64,000 nt of DNA from the NCBI RefSeq assembly GCF_009914755.1, contig NC_060930.1. The stretch is one strand, 5' to 3'. The notes under the pieces are model-generated. The model saw only the letters and a list, made by a program, of their open reading frames with translations, searched no databases and was not told the origin of the DNA. A program made the translations under genes and the position numbers. Of the stretch, positions 49,141 to 62,408 are shown one piece after another; within the stretch, counting starts at the first letter, position 1, and each line of letters opens with the position of its first letter. The stretch is from the human T2T-CHM13v2.0 reference genome, Homo sapiens.

Positions 49141-51096
49141 AGGGAAGATGCATGAGGTGGAGGAAAAGCGCCTTTTCCTTATACAGGCTTACCTTCCTCA
49201 TTCATATGTATGATTGGCTCCATTTCTACTTCATATTTCTGGCTTTAGACATAGCTAGAGACTCTCCCTATTATAATCATAGTTTGGAAAGAAATAATTT
49301 AAAATCAAGTGAAGCAATGCAGCGTGGAAAAGATGGGCTGCTATTTTTGAGAATTTCTTTCTTTTTAAAATTTTATTTTTCTATTTCTTGGAGTCCAGAC
49401 ACAGCCGAAAAGCTGACGCTTGGGAGATTCTCTTTTCACCAATATAACTGACATCACAGAGTTCGTGCCCTTATCTTTCATTCTCAAGGAAATAAACAAA
49501 CATTGGGATTGGCCAGAGCCCTGACCTTATGGATGACTAAGGCCCCCTGGAGTTAAATTCTAACTAAGATTTTCCTCTGGGACTCAAATTCTATCATTTT
49601 GTGCTATATTTACCAATGATGTTACACTTTATCTTTATCTTAGCAAATATTTAATTTGTTGAGAGAAAACATGTCATGAATGCATTACTCATAAGTTTCC
49701 ATATTTCCCAAGGATTCTGGCAAGTGGGAGAAAGGGAATTTTCTGGGGTTCTATTCATACAGCTGAAACAAAGCCAAGTATCAAACTTTAGTGAATTCAA
49801 AAGGGAAGAGATGTGTGAGGTACGGAAACGAAAAGACAAATACTAAATGATTTCCTATGGCTAGTTGACCAGCTGGTCGGTTATCAGCCCTTTCTTGCAA
49901 TGGTTCTGCTTAGCTTTGAAATCAAATGGCTTATAAAAATAGTATCTGAGAATCAAGAAAATGTACCTTATCCACTGAAAATACAGAAAGCTCACCTCTT
50001 TTTGTTCTCAGTTTCCTTCTCTTTTATTCAATTAAGTATGTAGCTGACGATGGAGAAATCTAATGATGGGGTGAGATTTTTGCATCATCATGATGAATTT
50101 CTGTGCTAATGTCTAAGCTTCTGAACTGAAACTCCTTTGAGAAAATAAAATACTTCTTGACATTGATGGTTCTGAGACTACAACAATACACAGTATTCTA
50201 GAGAACCGAAATAGGCTATTTAAATAAGAGTTTTTATTGATAAGCACCCTTAAAAACTCATTATTTGTACTGCAAGCTGAAATCTGACCATAGAAGCAAT
50301 TCTCTTGATTTCCCAAGTGGCCTCGTAAAGGGTTTGGGCTAAGTCTAATTCCAAAATCCAAAGAAAATAAATTTTATCCAGATGTTGGGCTTGGAGATTC
50401 GAGTTGCATTACAAACAAAACTGAATATTTGTTTTTGGAAAATCTTACTACTGTATATAATTTAAAGTAAATGTTATATGTGTTTCTTCATTCTTGTCAC
50501 AGCTTCCCGTGTTTAGCCTCCGAATGCCACTTTCCCGCTTCTGAGTCTCCAGCATTTCTATGTTTGTCGACAATGCGCATGATTAAAATGATATTTTCAT
50601 ATTTCAGTGTAGTTGGAGCTCCTTAAAGCAGAGGGTTGTAAGTGCAAAAAAGAGATATGCAGTTCCCTAATGGCTTATTACCATCACATTTGCAATTCAG
50701 ATCAGCTCTAAATTGACTGAAATTTTTAAACACATAGCAGGCAGTTTAAACTAATGATTGTCTGGAGGTTCACCACTGACACGAACTAAGCTTCTGTTCA
50801 AAACAAATTGCAAATAATTCCTCCCTTAGAGTCAAAATGTCACTTTTAGAACTCCATGTTATTGTTAGATTTTTGTCAGTTACATCAAAAAAAAAATATC
50901 TGCTTTATAGGGAGTGTTCTACCTTTGAAAGGACGGAGTGACACAGTTTCCCTATTAAAAAAACCCACAACACCACGTATCTGTATATATGGATCTACAT
51001 CGGTTTCACTAGGAATCACCCCTCCCTCTTCCCCCTCATCCCCTTCAAAAATCCTAATTGTAAAGTAAAACACCCTTGGGGCAGTGGTAGGCCCAA

Positions 51097-51109
51097 GTTG
51101 CTTAGCAAC
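51097..51109. promoter_or_regulatory. RFX X-box motif (candidate)
   Basis: GTTGCTTAGCAAC, inverted GTTGC/GCAAC half-sites, in non-repetitive sequence. Confidence 0.5.
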
Positions 51110-53509
51110 CCTCAGCAGGTAGCAAGGATTCAGCTGCAGCTGTCCTGATTCTTTCCTAAGAACCTTCTTATTACTGTTTGTGCTAATCTTTAACCAGGCT
51201 TTTAAACCACAGTCTTTCTCTGGGGTCTCTTGTTGTTAGATTGCAGGGGCCTACTCAAATGTTGTCCCAGAGGTAATGGTATTAAGGGTGGCTATTGAAT
51301 GTTTGAAGAGTGATAAGTGCTGGAAGGGATTAGAATTGCATGTTCCAACTAACCTTATTTTACATTCTTGAGAAATATCATGAAAATTGTCCCCCAGTAG
51401 GAACAATGGTTGGTGTTGACACACAGCTCTAAACCTGCTTTTGCTCCCAGCTTGTAAATTGGGTGAGGCGGACTCTCTCCCCATAATTGTTTCTTTTAAA
51501 AGACTTACATTCTCCTGCAAAGACTACTTAAGGAATTCATTAAGAATTAGTAGATAGCCTGATTTCATTCTCTCATTTAATTATGAGAAAGCTAGGTGTG
51601 GATTGGTAGAGAGGGCTAAAGAGAGATGTAATAGGGGATTGAGAAAATTTCTTTCCATGGAGAAGTGTTTCTGCCTACATTGGCAATCCAAAAACTCTGA
51701 GGTTGGACTTGAAGTTGGCCAATTATTACAGAATAAAACAGTGGCAAAAAATGGCGCATTTATTATTAATAGCATGGAGATTTCTGCTTTGTTTCCTGGG
51801 TTGCGAGGTTTGGATAAATTTCAGAGGCTGCCCACAGCTGTTATTAACCAATGAGGGTAAGCTCATAAAATATTTTAAAGTAAGTCTACTTCTACCTTCC
51901 CATCACACAATACAAGGCAAAATGAAGAAGACACAGCTACCCTGAGGTTTTTTTCACTCAATCCCTTTCTCTCAGCAGATTAAAAAAAAAAATTATGAAT
52001 GATTCACTCCTCGAAACTTCATTCTGTCATTTAAAAGGAATTTAGGCCTTTTTCTATCATAACATTTTGTTACAGACCTGGTCCTATTATGCAACATAAT
52101 ATGTACTGAATATGTGCTGATTAACTGACTTGGAAATTGGAGAAAGTTCAAAGCCATCTGAAGGAGATAACATTTTTATAGGCTCTGAACCTTATTGAAG
52201 TTCATCTATATAGATATAATCTTCAAAATTCGGTTTAAAATCACACACACAAATAAGACTCATGAGTCTCCTGATTTTTAAATTTCACTACATTCTCCTT
52301 TTCGTTACAGGTTGTATAAAAATTGTTTGATCTTAAGTAAAAAACAAAAAGGATAGTGTCCTCCAATAGGTTGATTGTTGAGAGTGTCTGCCATCATACA
52401 CATGGAATAGTTCACGTTTATTCTTCTGATCCCACCAAATATCAAGTACAGGGAAATATACCTTATATTTCTGATGGGAAAACTGAGACAGGAAACTTGT
52501 TATTCAGTTTTAGATTGCCATATTGGGATGCCCTGAAAGTCCCACGATGTCATATAAATCTCCCCCACAGTGAAATGATACTCAGGTGTCTACTAATATT
52601 AGTGTTGTATTTAGAGGACTAGCTAATTTTTCTTTCCAAGAAATCTTGGCCGCACCACTTCAAAATGATAAACTCTCTAATTTTGATTTGTTTTCTATTT
52701 AAACTCCAACCTCTGTCTTTTATCTTTCCCTTGCCCCAAGATCCATTATTTTGTTACATAAATGATTGCCCAAGTGGGTCAATTAAATTCTGAATACAGC
52801 TGGTGTTGATTACAGTTTTGCTAATAAAAATATCTTTGTGAAATCTTCAAGGTGACCTGTAAAAATTAGCTCCTTGATGAACCTGGAAATTCGAAAAAAA
52901 ATCTATCAGTAAACATGTTGATCGATTTCATCCTATCAATCAAAATTTAGTTTGCCAGATAATAATTTGTTAAATGTCAGTAAAGGAGAATATCGTTTAG
53001 AAAAGGGCGATTTGAAACAACGTGCTTGTGCCCTGGAGAGGTGTGTAGAACCATCTTCATGGAGTGTGGGTTTGGACTTTATCTTTCCAGGAAGTGGGAA
53101 CATAGACCCCACGCCTTGGTCAGAAGGCACCATGTTCCTGTTATCTCCAGGCAGCTACCTGTGTCTACCTGGGGCAGATGGCTCTGTGGACCTCCTGTTC
53201 AAGTCTTCCTGTTAAAATACCCCTGCCCTCCCACTGTACCTCCAAACCATCAATCCACATGCCAGAACTACAGCCCCATCCCTGAGAGATGCATCTGGTT
53301 AGGGTGACCCATTGTGGGCTGTAAGGTTTCTGTTGTGGTTCATTATGTTAGGTATGGACACATATTTTTAGTGTTGTTTCTGGCTCCCCGAATTTCTTTT
53401 CATTTCTTTTTGGACATCTGAATCCAGGAGTGCATAAAAGACCATATGCTTTATTCTTCATTGTTAGTAATTATAGTAACTGGAGGAAGATCCTTAGATT
53501 TGTTGACTT

Positions 53510-53739
53510 CAGGATTTTTTAACTTCGGCACTACTGCTATTTTGGATGGTATTGACATTTTGGGCTGAGTAGTTTTTTTGTTGTAGGGGGCTGTCCTATG
53601 CATTATAAGATGTTTAGCAGGATCCCTGGCCTCTACCCACTAGCTGTACCTCCCCGAAGTTGTGACAACCAAAAATGTCTCCAGAAAGTGCCAAATGTCC
53701 CATGGGGGGGACAAAGTCATTCCTAGTTGAGAACTGCTG
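53510..53739. mobile_element. MER20 hAT MITE
   Basis: GGCACTA..GACATTTTGGGC..GGGGCTGTCCTATGCATT.TAAGATGTTTAGCAG..GTTGTGACAACCAAAAATGTCTCCAGA..AGTTGAGAACTGCTG. Confidence 0.9.
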
Positions 53740-53744
53740 GTTTA

Positions 53745-53903
53745 TTCTCTTGTGTGGTGCAGGTCAGCCATATCAGCGTCACTGAGAGCTTGTTCGAGAT
53801 GCAAAAGTCTCAGGACCCGCCCCAGGCTCACTGAATAGGAATCTGTGTTTTAACAAAATCCCTGGATGACTTTGTATAAATATGAATGTACGGGAAGTGG
53901 TGA
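53745..53903. mobile_element. MER5A-like hAT MITE
   Basis: ATCAGCGTCAC.GAGAGCTTGTT.GAGATGCA..CTCAGG.CCCGCCCCAG..GAATCTGTGTTTTAACAA. Confidence 0.75.
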
Positions 53904-53990
53904 TTTAGTCCATTATCTTGATCCGAAGTCTGGACATACGTATTTCTTAGGCTAAAACAGCACAATTCCAAGGCTCAAAATGTAACTATA

Positions 53991-54370
<380 letters not shown>

Positions 54371-54524
54371 TTAAGGAAAATTAAAAGGCATTGACTAATC
54401 TAACTAACCCCCGCCCCAAATAATTACCATAGTGTTTTAGATTTTGGCCATTTTACATTATATAAATATAAATTAATAGTACTTTGGAAATATCTCTGTA
54501 TCTCCCAAGCAAATCCATAAATAA

Positions 54525-54745
54525 CACTAACAATAATACTGCAATCTATCAGGGTGTTTACTATGTACTGAGTGGTCTATTAGATTGTTTAATCTTCACA
54601 ACAACTGTGTGAGGTATTAACCTAATTTGACAGACAAAAAGCTGACTCAGAGAAATTAAATACCTTTGCCCTAATCACACATTTCTACAAAGTGAGATGC
54701 CAGCACCTAGCCCATGTTCATTCTATCCAACTATTCTGCCTTAAC
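54525..54745 (-). mobile_element. MIR
   Basis: TTTAATCTTCACAACAACTGTGTGAGGTA..TTGACAGA..CTGACTCAGAGA..TTGCCC. Confidence 0.75.
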
Positions 54746-55689
54746 TCTAAGGAGAGAAAAAAAACATAAAGAACATTTTCTCCAAACTAATTATGTCTAA
54801 ACAACATCCACACAGATCCTCAACCCCAGGAATGAGCAGGGGAAAGGAATCATTATTTTTCTTTAAAGCCCTCTTTTGTTCTATCTTCTTAGGCAGTGGT
54901 CTCATTATACCTTGAGAATGTCTGAGTGTAGCCAACAGCTTGAGGTGAAGAATCCTGTTCACCCATTTCTATCCCTTTGCCCCCACGGAATTAGTATTCA
55001 GCAACAACAAAGCCAGGCTGTACATTGTTAAGAAGCATTCTTGGCAAGGATGGTTTTGTCTTTCTTGTTTCTGAGATTTGCCCACTGATTGCTAAAAGTA
55101 TGTATTATGAACTTTGATTAGCTAGCCCAAGGGTCTGATGAGTAGACACAAACTGTGCAAGAAAGCCAAATGTGACATTCACATGATTTAATCAGAAACG
55201 AATACATCTATGATTCTTTATTTCTTTCATCAGAGAAACCCTCTGCTTTTGCTTCTGATCCTTTCTTTGCCTGGACCTCTTCTACTGTATCATCAACCTA
55301 TTTTTTTATTCAATGTATATTCTACCAGACAGTATTCCTAGCTTCCTTTTGTCACCATGGTGACACTGTGTGCTTATGCCTTTATTAAAAATTTATCTTA
55401 AATAGATCTAGGAAGTAGTCTTTTAGGCAATGACAATTTTTTCAGTTTCGAATCCACCATAATGTCCAGATGCTGGGAATTTGTGTGCAAATATCATTCC
55501 ACTATTACTATAAAGGGAAATAAAGCAAAATGTTTAAATGGCTGCTATTCCTGTTAGCTGCTTATGCATGGAAAAAGACATTTTATATGCATTCCGTTCT
55601 TGCTTTTCAAGTGCACTTGGCACACAGTCATTTGAAAGAAGAACTTTACTTAAGCTTTTATTAGCTTATACGATCATCTATTACTGGTA

Positions 55690-56195
55690 AATTTTAATAG
55701 TGTTGCATTTCTAGGAACATATCCTATGAAAAAAATCAGAAATACTAACAAAGATTGACATGCATATAATTGTCCTCACGTTATTTATAATAAATACTTA
55801 AAAATCATAAAAATGCTCAACAATAGGGGGAGGATTAAATAATGGTATGGCATTATGGTTGAATAGCATGCCTCTCTTAAGAATGATATTGCAAAGAATT
55901 TTAGTGACAGGGAAAGAATTATAATATGTTAATTTTAAAAAGATACAAAATTTATATATAATGTGACTTCTATCTTCATAGCTATGTATATAGCTTGTTA
56001 GTTAATTAAATATCTTTAGTTATATGTATATCTATTTATAAAATTCCAAAAATGCCAGATGTTAATAGTGGCTATATCTGGTTGGAGAGTTTATGGGTGA
56101 TTTCATTCTTTTAAAAGCTTTCCTCTGTTTTCTACACTTTTTTAGTGAGCATAAAATGCTTTTGAAATCAGAAAGAAAAAATAAATATTTAAATA
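55690..56195 (+). mobile_element. Old L1 (L1ME4/L1MC-like) 3' end
   Basis: TTCTAGGAA..TATCCTA..CAACAATAGGGG..TTAAATAA..ATGTTAATAGTGGCTATATCTGG..TTATGGGTGATTT. Confidence 0.7.
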
Positions 56196-56639
56196 TAAAA
56201 CTGAACTAATTGAATTCTTCCAGGATTGTAGTAATACGATTAAGAGGTCCATGAGATTTTCCATATTTTTCTTGTATTTATAAACTGTATTGTTTTTAAA
56301 CTTCTCTCACCCTGGTACTTTTGTGTTCAAAGAGAGTTCAAAACAATTACTCTAGATGAAGGACAGAGACTATTGTCTTCACCCTGGATAATGAAAAATG
56401 AGTGACATGGAGAGAGGCACAAAATTAGAGGACATTGTCCCGAGTGTGTTTAAATTAAATAGCTAATTTTTAAAAGCGTCAACTCTGGAATCTGTAGATG
56501 GGTCTGGCAACAGAAAAGATTGCAGGGATTTTTTTTCATTATAGTTAAACAAAAATGTACTTAAAAATGCAAAATGTAAGAAGATGCTTTTATATGAGAA
56601 AATGATTAATGAGTGCAGTATTTAGGGGAAGAAATACTC

Positions 56640-56840
56640 AAAGTTTGGTAGTAGGAAAAGAAAAAAGCCACAGGATTTTGATCACAAGAAACCTTGGATT
56701 CTAGATCTGACGCTGCCAGTACCAAGACTTGGACAAGGCATTTACGTTTATTCTCTCTTGGCCTTGGGTTCTTCTCATATAACCTAAAGGGTTTGGATTA
56801 AATGCTATTTAAAATCCCTTCCAGTTTATAAAGTCTGATC
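56640..56840 (+). mobile_element. MIR3-like
   Basis: GGATTCTAG..GACTTGGACAAG..GGTTTGGATTAAATG..AAAATCCCTTCCAGTT. Confidence 0.6.
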
Positions 56841-56868
56841 TATTCTACCATTTTACGTGTTTTCGTAG

Positions 56869-56964
56869 CACAGATCAAATTCTGGGAGTTTACATTTCTG
56901 AAACTTGGGTCAAGGTCCTGGCCAGTCCTCAACAAGAGCAACCGTGTGGACATCTGTGGCAATG
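56869..56964 (+). other. Candidate internal exon (96 nt)
   Basis: Acceptor ccattttacgtgttttcgtAG, donor ATG|GTAAGA; two of three frames open. Confidence 0.4.
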
Positions 56965-57286
56965 GTAAGAATTCTTTAGTGGCCAGTCAGCTCTGTTATT
57001 CTCTCCAGCTAAATGAAGCCAAGCAATATGAAAAGTAGGCCCAAGCACACAAAATCTCCTCTTGACTTCCACCAGACAGTCTTTTTCATTTGGAACACTA
57101 TTTTCATATGCGGAAGTATTTCATCTTTTATAAAGTGCTAGTATAAATTTGTGCTAAGGGCCAGCAAGTGATGATAATAGCTGCTCTGTTTTGTGAATAC
57201 AAGTGTCTGTTAAATATATCTAATATGCACTTGTATATATGAGTGCATTTATTGAAAGACACGCTAAGCATGGATAAATGTACTAG

Positions 57287-58345
57287 TTTTTAAACAGCTT
57301 TATTAAAGTATAATTGACATGGAACAAGTTACACGTATTTTAAGTATGCAATTTGCTAAGTTTTAATATATGTATGTACACATAAACTCTCAAGAACCAA
57401 GTTAATAACCATAATATCACCCTAAAAGTGTTCTTGTTTTCCTTTGCAAACTTGTATGTGGTACAAAGCATGGATCGAATTCTTGGTTTTTTTTTTTTTT
57501 TTTGCGTTCTGGATATCCAATTATTCCAGCACCATTTGTTGAAAAACTATTCTTTCTTCCCATTGAAATACTGTCAAAATCAATTACACACATATGTATG
57601 GATTATTTCTGAAATCACTATTTTGTTTTGTTGATACAGTTAACTCTCTTCGCATCAATACCACATTGCCTTAATTGCTGTAGATTTACAACAAGTCTTA
57701 GAATTAGATAGTCCTACAAAATTGTTCCTTTTTCCCCTCCACCTAGCGTGGCTATTTCAGCTCTTCTGAATTTTCTTATGAATTTTAGAATCAAATTGTC
57801 AATTTTATGAGAAAGACTGCTGAGATTTTTATTGAGATCACATTGAATCTCTATTAATCTGGGGATAATTGACATATTAATGATATTGAGTTTGCTGATT
57901 CATGAACAGCAAATGATTCTGTAATAAATCATTCTGTAAATGATTCTCCTCATTTATTTAGGTTATTGTAGGTTTATCTCATTTTATATTTTTCAGTGCA
58001 CTGGTCTTGCATATCTTTTGTCAGATTTATACTGAAATAGTTTGTATTTTTGATGCTTATATAAATGGTATTGCTTCTTTTAATTTCAATTTCTGATTAT
58101 TGATTGCTAGTCTATAAAAATACAATTGATTTTTTTTTTAGTATTGATCTTGGATCTCATGGTCTTGTTAAACTCAACATTTAATTCCAGCAGATTTTTG
58201 GGTACATTTCATAAGAGTTTTTACACAGATGATCCTGTCATTTGTGAATAATGATAGTTTAACTTCTTTTTAAATGTGGATGCCTTTTACATATTTTTTT
58301 CTTGTCTTATTACACTAGCTTGAACCCCCACTAATGATGAATAGA
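57287..58345 (-). mobile_element. Old L1 (L1ME/MC) 3' end and ORF2 fragments
   Basis: TTTTAAACAGCTTTATT.AAGTATAATTGACAT; GGATATCCAATTATTCCAGCACCATTTGTTGAAAA; TTGCTAG..TATAAAAATACAATTGATTTTT. Confidence 0.85.
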
Positions 58346-58373
58346 TGTAGCAAAAGCAGACGTCTTTTGTGCT

Positions 58374-58955
58374 TGTGACATGGATACCGCATGCTTCAGA
58401 TATTGCTCTGCCCTGTTTGTCAGCCTGCTCCCAACATCCCAACCTCCTATGCGCAATCTCATACCAACCTTTGCCCATCTGCACCCCACACAGGGTTGTT
58501 TCTCACAGTCTTCTTGGCACAGACACTGTATACCCCTGGTTGCACATGACCCTCCCAATGAGTGAGCTCCAGGCACCTTGACTCATTCTGTGCTCTCTCA
58601 CCAGCTTTGTCACCTTTAACTTGGGAAGGATATTTTGTTCTCTGTTTGTCTGTTTTTCCTGTTTGGCCAACATCTGTGGGGCAACTCTGGTTCAGGCAAT
58701 CCAGTGAACTTCTCTGCCATGCAGTGGGCTGCGAGCACAGCTTTCCAATGAAGCCGTAATTCAGCCTTGAGGAGGGCACCCCTTTCCAAGTTTGCTCCTT
58801 TTTGAGTGTTTTTCCTAAAACTTACGTTTTTCATTAGAGTTTTTTGTATGTCTTTATCATGACCCCAAATTACGGTTAATTATTCTTTATATAAAACCTT
58901 CTCTTTTCAAATTACTGTGTATTTTCTGCCTCTTAATTAGACTCCAACTGACACA
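58374..58955 (+). mobile_element. LTR40-like ERVL solo LTR
   Basis: AGGCAATCCAGTGAACTTCTCTGCCATGCAGTGGGCTGC..CAGCCTTG..TTCCAAGTTTG..AATTACTGTG..ACTGACACA. Confidence 0.75.
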
Positions 58956-58964
58956 TTACTTCCG

Positions 58965-59110
58965 AAAAAAATTATTGAAGTGTAATTAACAAACAAAAAA
59001 CTGCACATATTTAAAGTATACAATTTGATGTTTTGACATATGTATATACCCATAAAATGCAATCAAGATAATCAACATATTCATCATCCCTCAAATGTTT
59101 CCTCGTGTTA
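58965..59110 (-). mobile_element. L1M 3' end fragment
   Basis: AAACTGCACATATTTAAAGTATACAATTTGATG..TTTGACATATGTATATACCC..CAATCAAGATAA. Confidence 0.75.
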
Positions 59111-59615
59111 AATGGTATTTAGGACATCATGTAAAGAGAAATTGAGCTAAGGATATGTTTAGTGTGGGTTCCTTAGGATGGGTTTATATGGTTCACAGTC
59201 ACTTTCATGGATGGTTAAGACTGCCAGTCATTCTGGTTTAGGAATGGTTTCTGTACTTAATTTTGCTGCCTACTGCTCTTGCAAGCATCTTGACAGGAAC
59301 TGCCTGGGCCATGTGAATATATCCTATAGTACTGAGCATGGACCTATGTGGGTAATGAAGGAAAAAGGAAGTTCAGAATATATAAGAAAATAGAGTTGGA
59401 CCTTGTGTGTGGAAAATTGTTCTAAATCCTGCACTCACATGAACAAAGATTTGAATGAGGTTTTCCTAAGTTATCAACAAAACTTTTAATAAAGTTACTA
59501 ATAATACATTATTTAATAAGAAGCTAAAAATTATTGTTAAATGATCAATAATGTAAAGAAATGAATATTTATTAACCATGCTCAAGAAGAGTCTAAATTT
59601 CCTATTTAGTCTCTC

Positions 59616-59910
59616 TTTTTTTTTGGAGACAGGGTCTTGCTCTATCACCCAGCCTGGGGTGCAGTGGCATGATCATGGCTCACTGCAGCTTTGACCTCCC
59701 GGGCTCCAGTGATCCTCCCACCTCAGCCTCCCGAGTAGCTGGACTACAGGCATGTGCCACCTCGCCTGGCTATTTTTTAAAATTATTTTGTGTAGAGATG
59801 GGGTTTCACCATGTTGCTCAGGCTGTTCTCGAACTCCTGGGCTCAAGTGATTCTCTCACCTCAGCTTCACAAAGTGCTGGGATTTCAGGTATGAGTCACC
59901 ATGCCCAGCC
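59616..59910 (-). mobile_element. AluJ (Jb/Jr-like)
   Basis: GAGACAGGGTCTTGC..GATCATGGCTCACTGCAGC..CTCCTGGGCTCAAGTGAT; TSD ctctcttt. Confidence 0.93.
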
Positions 59911-60830
59911 CTCTCTTTATATAAAATATTGCAGAATTATTGTTCGTAAAGAAATGTTCAAAGGGGCCAAAGCCAAAAATGTGAGAAAAAGGTATTGTAG
60001 AGGTGGGTCTGACAGGTTATTAATAGAAGTTTTTACTTTCCTTGAATTTACAATGTTTGTGGTAATGATGGATGGTGATGTTCCTATAAGCTAAACTTAT
60101 TAACTCCCTTTGTGGATATCTGCTATGTTACCAAAGATTTCTTCTTTATATCTTCTCAAAATTGTACCTATTGCTATTTAAACCTACTTCCTCTCACTGC
60201 ACAATGAGAACCTCTGGTCAGCATTTACTATATATTTTATATGGTCAATGTCTGTGATGACTATATTTTACAAGTTAAAACATAGCCTTTTCCTAGTTTA
60301 TACATTTATGGTTTTATAGAATATGATATTTAAACTCTTATGAAAGTGTCCAATTAATTTGTATTTACTTACATACTTCAAGAATTACCTTTATTATAAA
60401 AAGTATGTAAAAATTGAGTACATATTTTGAGTATGTATTTCATGTACCTACAAATATATTTGTGAAAATTATACTGGAAAATTGAGGACAATGTTATTAG
60501 AGTGTTATTTGTCTGATCTTCCATAATTGTTTTAAGGTGTGTTTTTTTTTCATTTAAAATTTAGCATTAAAATTGGTGGCTTTAGACATATTTTATGTTA
60601 AAGACAAAGGTTAAAAATTCTCTTATGTATTGTGCCTTAAGAATTATTCAATACAGCCTAAGTCAGATCATAAATATGCTTGTATTATATTTTATTTACT
60701 TATAAGGCAAATGTATTATTTTCTGACATTGGTATTTTGCTTTTATGTTTCATGAGCATCTTTTTAGTTTAAATAGATTTCTTTTCTTCTTTCCTCTCTT
60801 CATTTGTCATTCTTTTTTTTTTTTTCACAG

Positions 60831-60993
60831 TCAGATTCACTCGATCCCAAGACAAGATGCTCTTTGATAATGGACTAGAGGAAAGGGTGAAAGAATGGTT
60901 TAGAGCTAATTCAAGAAAGAACAATCTGATTCACACTTGGAGGAGGACACAGGAGCTGAATCAGATGGGGCTGTGGTGCCTGGGGAGGAAATT
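60831..60993 (+). other. Candidate internal exon (163 nt) with very strong splice signals
   Basis: Long pyrimidine tract ending tttttcacAG, purine-rich exon body, donor ATT|GTGAGT; one frame fully open (RFTRSQDKMLFDNGLEERVKEWFRANSRK...). Confidence 0.6.
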
Positions 60994-61758
60994 GTGAGTA
61001 CTTGCTCCTGATTGAGTATCATTATCCTCCTGTTGTCTAGGAAGATGATTGTTATAATTAGCCACAAATGTCATGGGCAACTATAATTTACGTTTTCCTG
61101 TAACAACTGATAGTTTACCTTTTCAATGCCTTCTTTTATCTATCCACCATGGGGCTTTCCCCATCCCTCCATAACAATCAAATATAGGATAAAATATATT
61201 TGTCTTATAGTATGTGTCTGTCAGTGTATACTTATAGTAATAATGTGACTATTCATTTTTAAAAAGTCATTAAATGGCTACTCACCCAAATTTCAGGCTC
61301 CTTTAAAATTAAAGTTCCTATAAAAAATTAGAAATCATGAGGTTATAAAATAGGAATGCTGGTGGAGTCCTTAGAGATATTTTAGGACCATTTCTCATTA
61401 ATCTTATTTCTAAATATAGTATAAAGGGATGTTATTAATTGTGTTGCATAATGCCTTTGAAATGCAATATTAATATCCTTCGGATTTTATTTGTAGTGTA
61501 ATTTCTTAATTCCATTTTAAATTTATTATGGTAATTCAGTGGAAGTATATATTTGTATTCTATTATAGAATAGTTATAGTTTCTATTCTATTTTTAATAC
61601 AAATAGTTTATTTTTAATAGAAATACAATAGTTTGTATTCTATTTTTAGTAAGCTGCTTTAGTAAGAACTAACTCTTGAGTTGAATTTTTAAAATAGAAT
61701 AAAAATCACAATATTTTATAAAGCATTATATAATTAATTGCGAAGAATTTTTAACTAG

Positions 61759-62214
<456 letters not shown>

Positions 62215-62408
62215 TAAGTAACACTAGAAAGTTATATTTAGAATAGTAATTAAATGAAAACAAATCAGTGACATAAATAGCTAGTAAATCCAGGCCAAAG
62301 ATAACTGTTCCTAAAACTGAGGAGAGATGGGACTAACATCTTACAACGATATGCTTTTGTTTGAATATAGCTACTGTCTGAACATTTTTATTTCTTTTAC
62401 TACTATAA

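Noticed and set aside
49955-50000. Minus-strand 8-nt microexon (ttttcAG TGGATAAG GTACA) next to a GTGAGC donor
   Set aside because: Weak donor, not frame-preserving, and an impossible ~20-nt spacing to the upstream donor
51505-51530. Minus-strand 6-nt microexon (tttgcAG GAGAAT GTAAGT)
   Set aside because: Competing AGs immediately upstream and a poor pyrimidine tract; only the donor was kept as evidence
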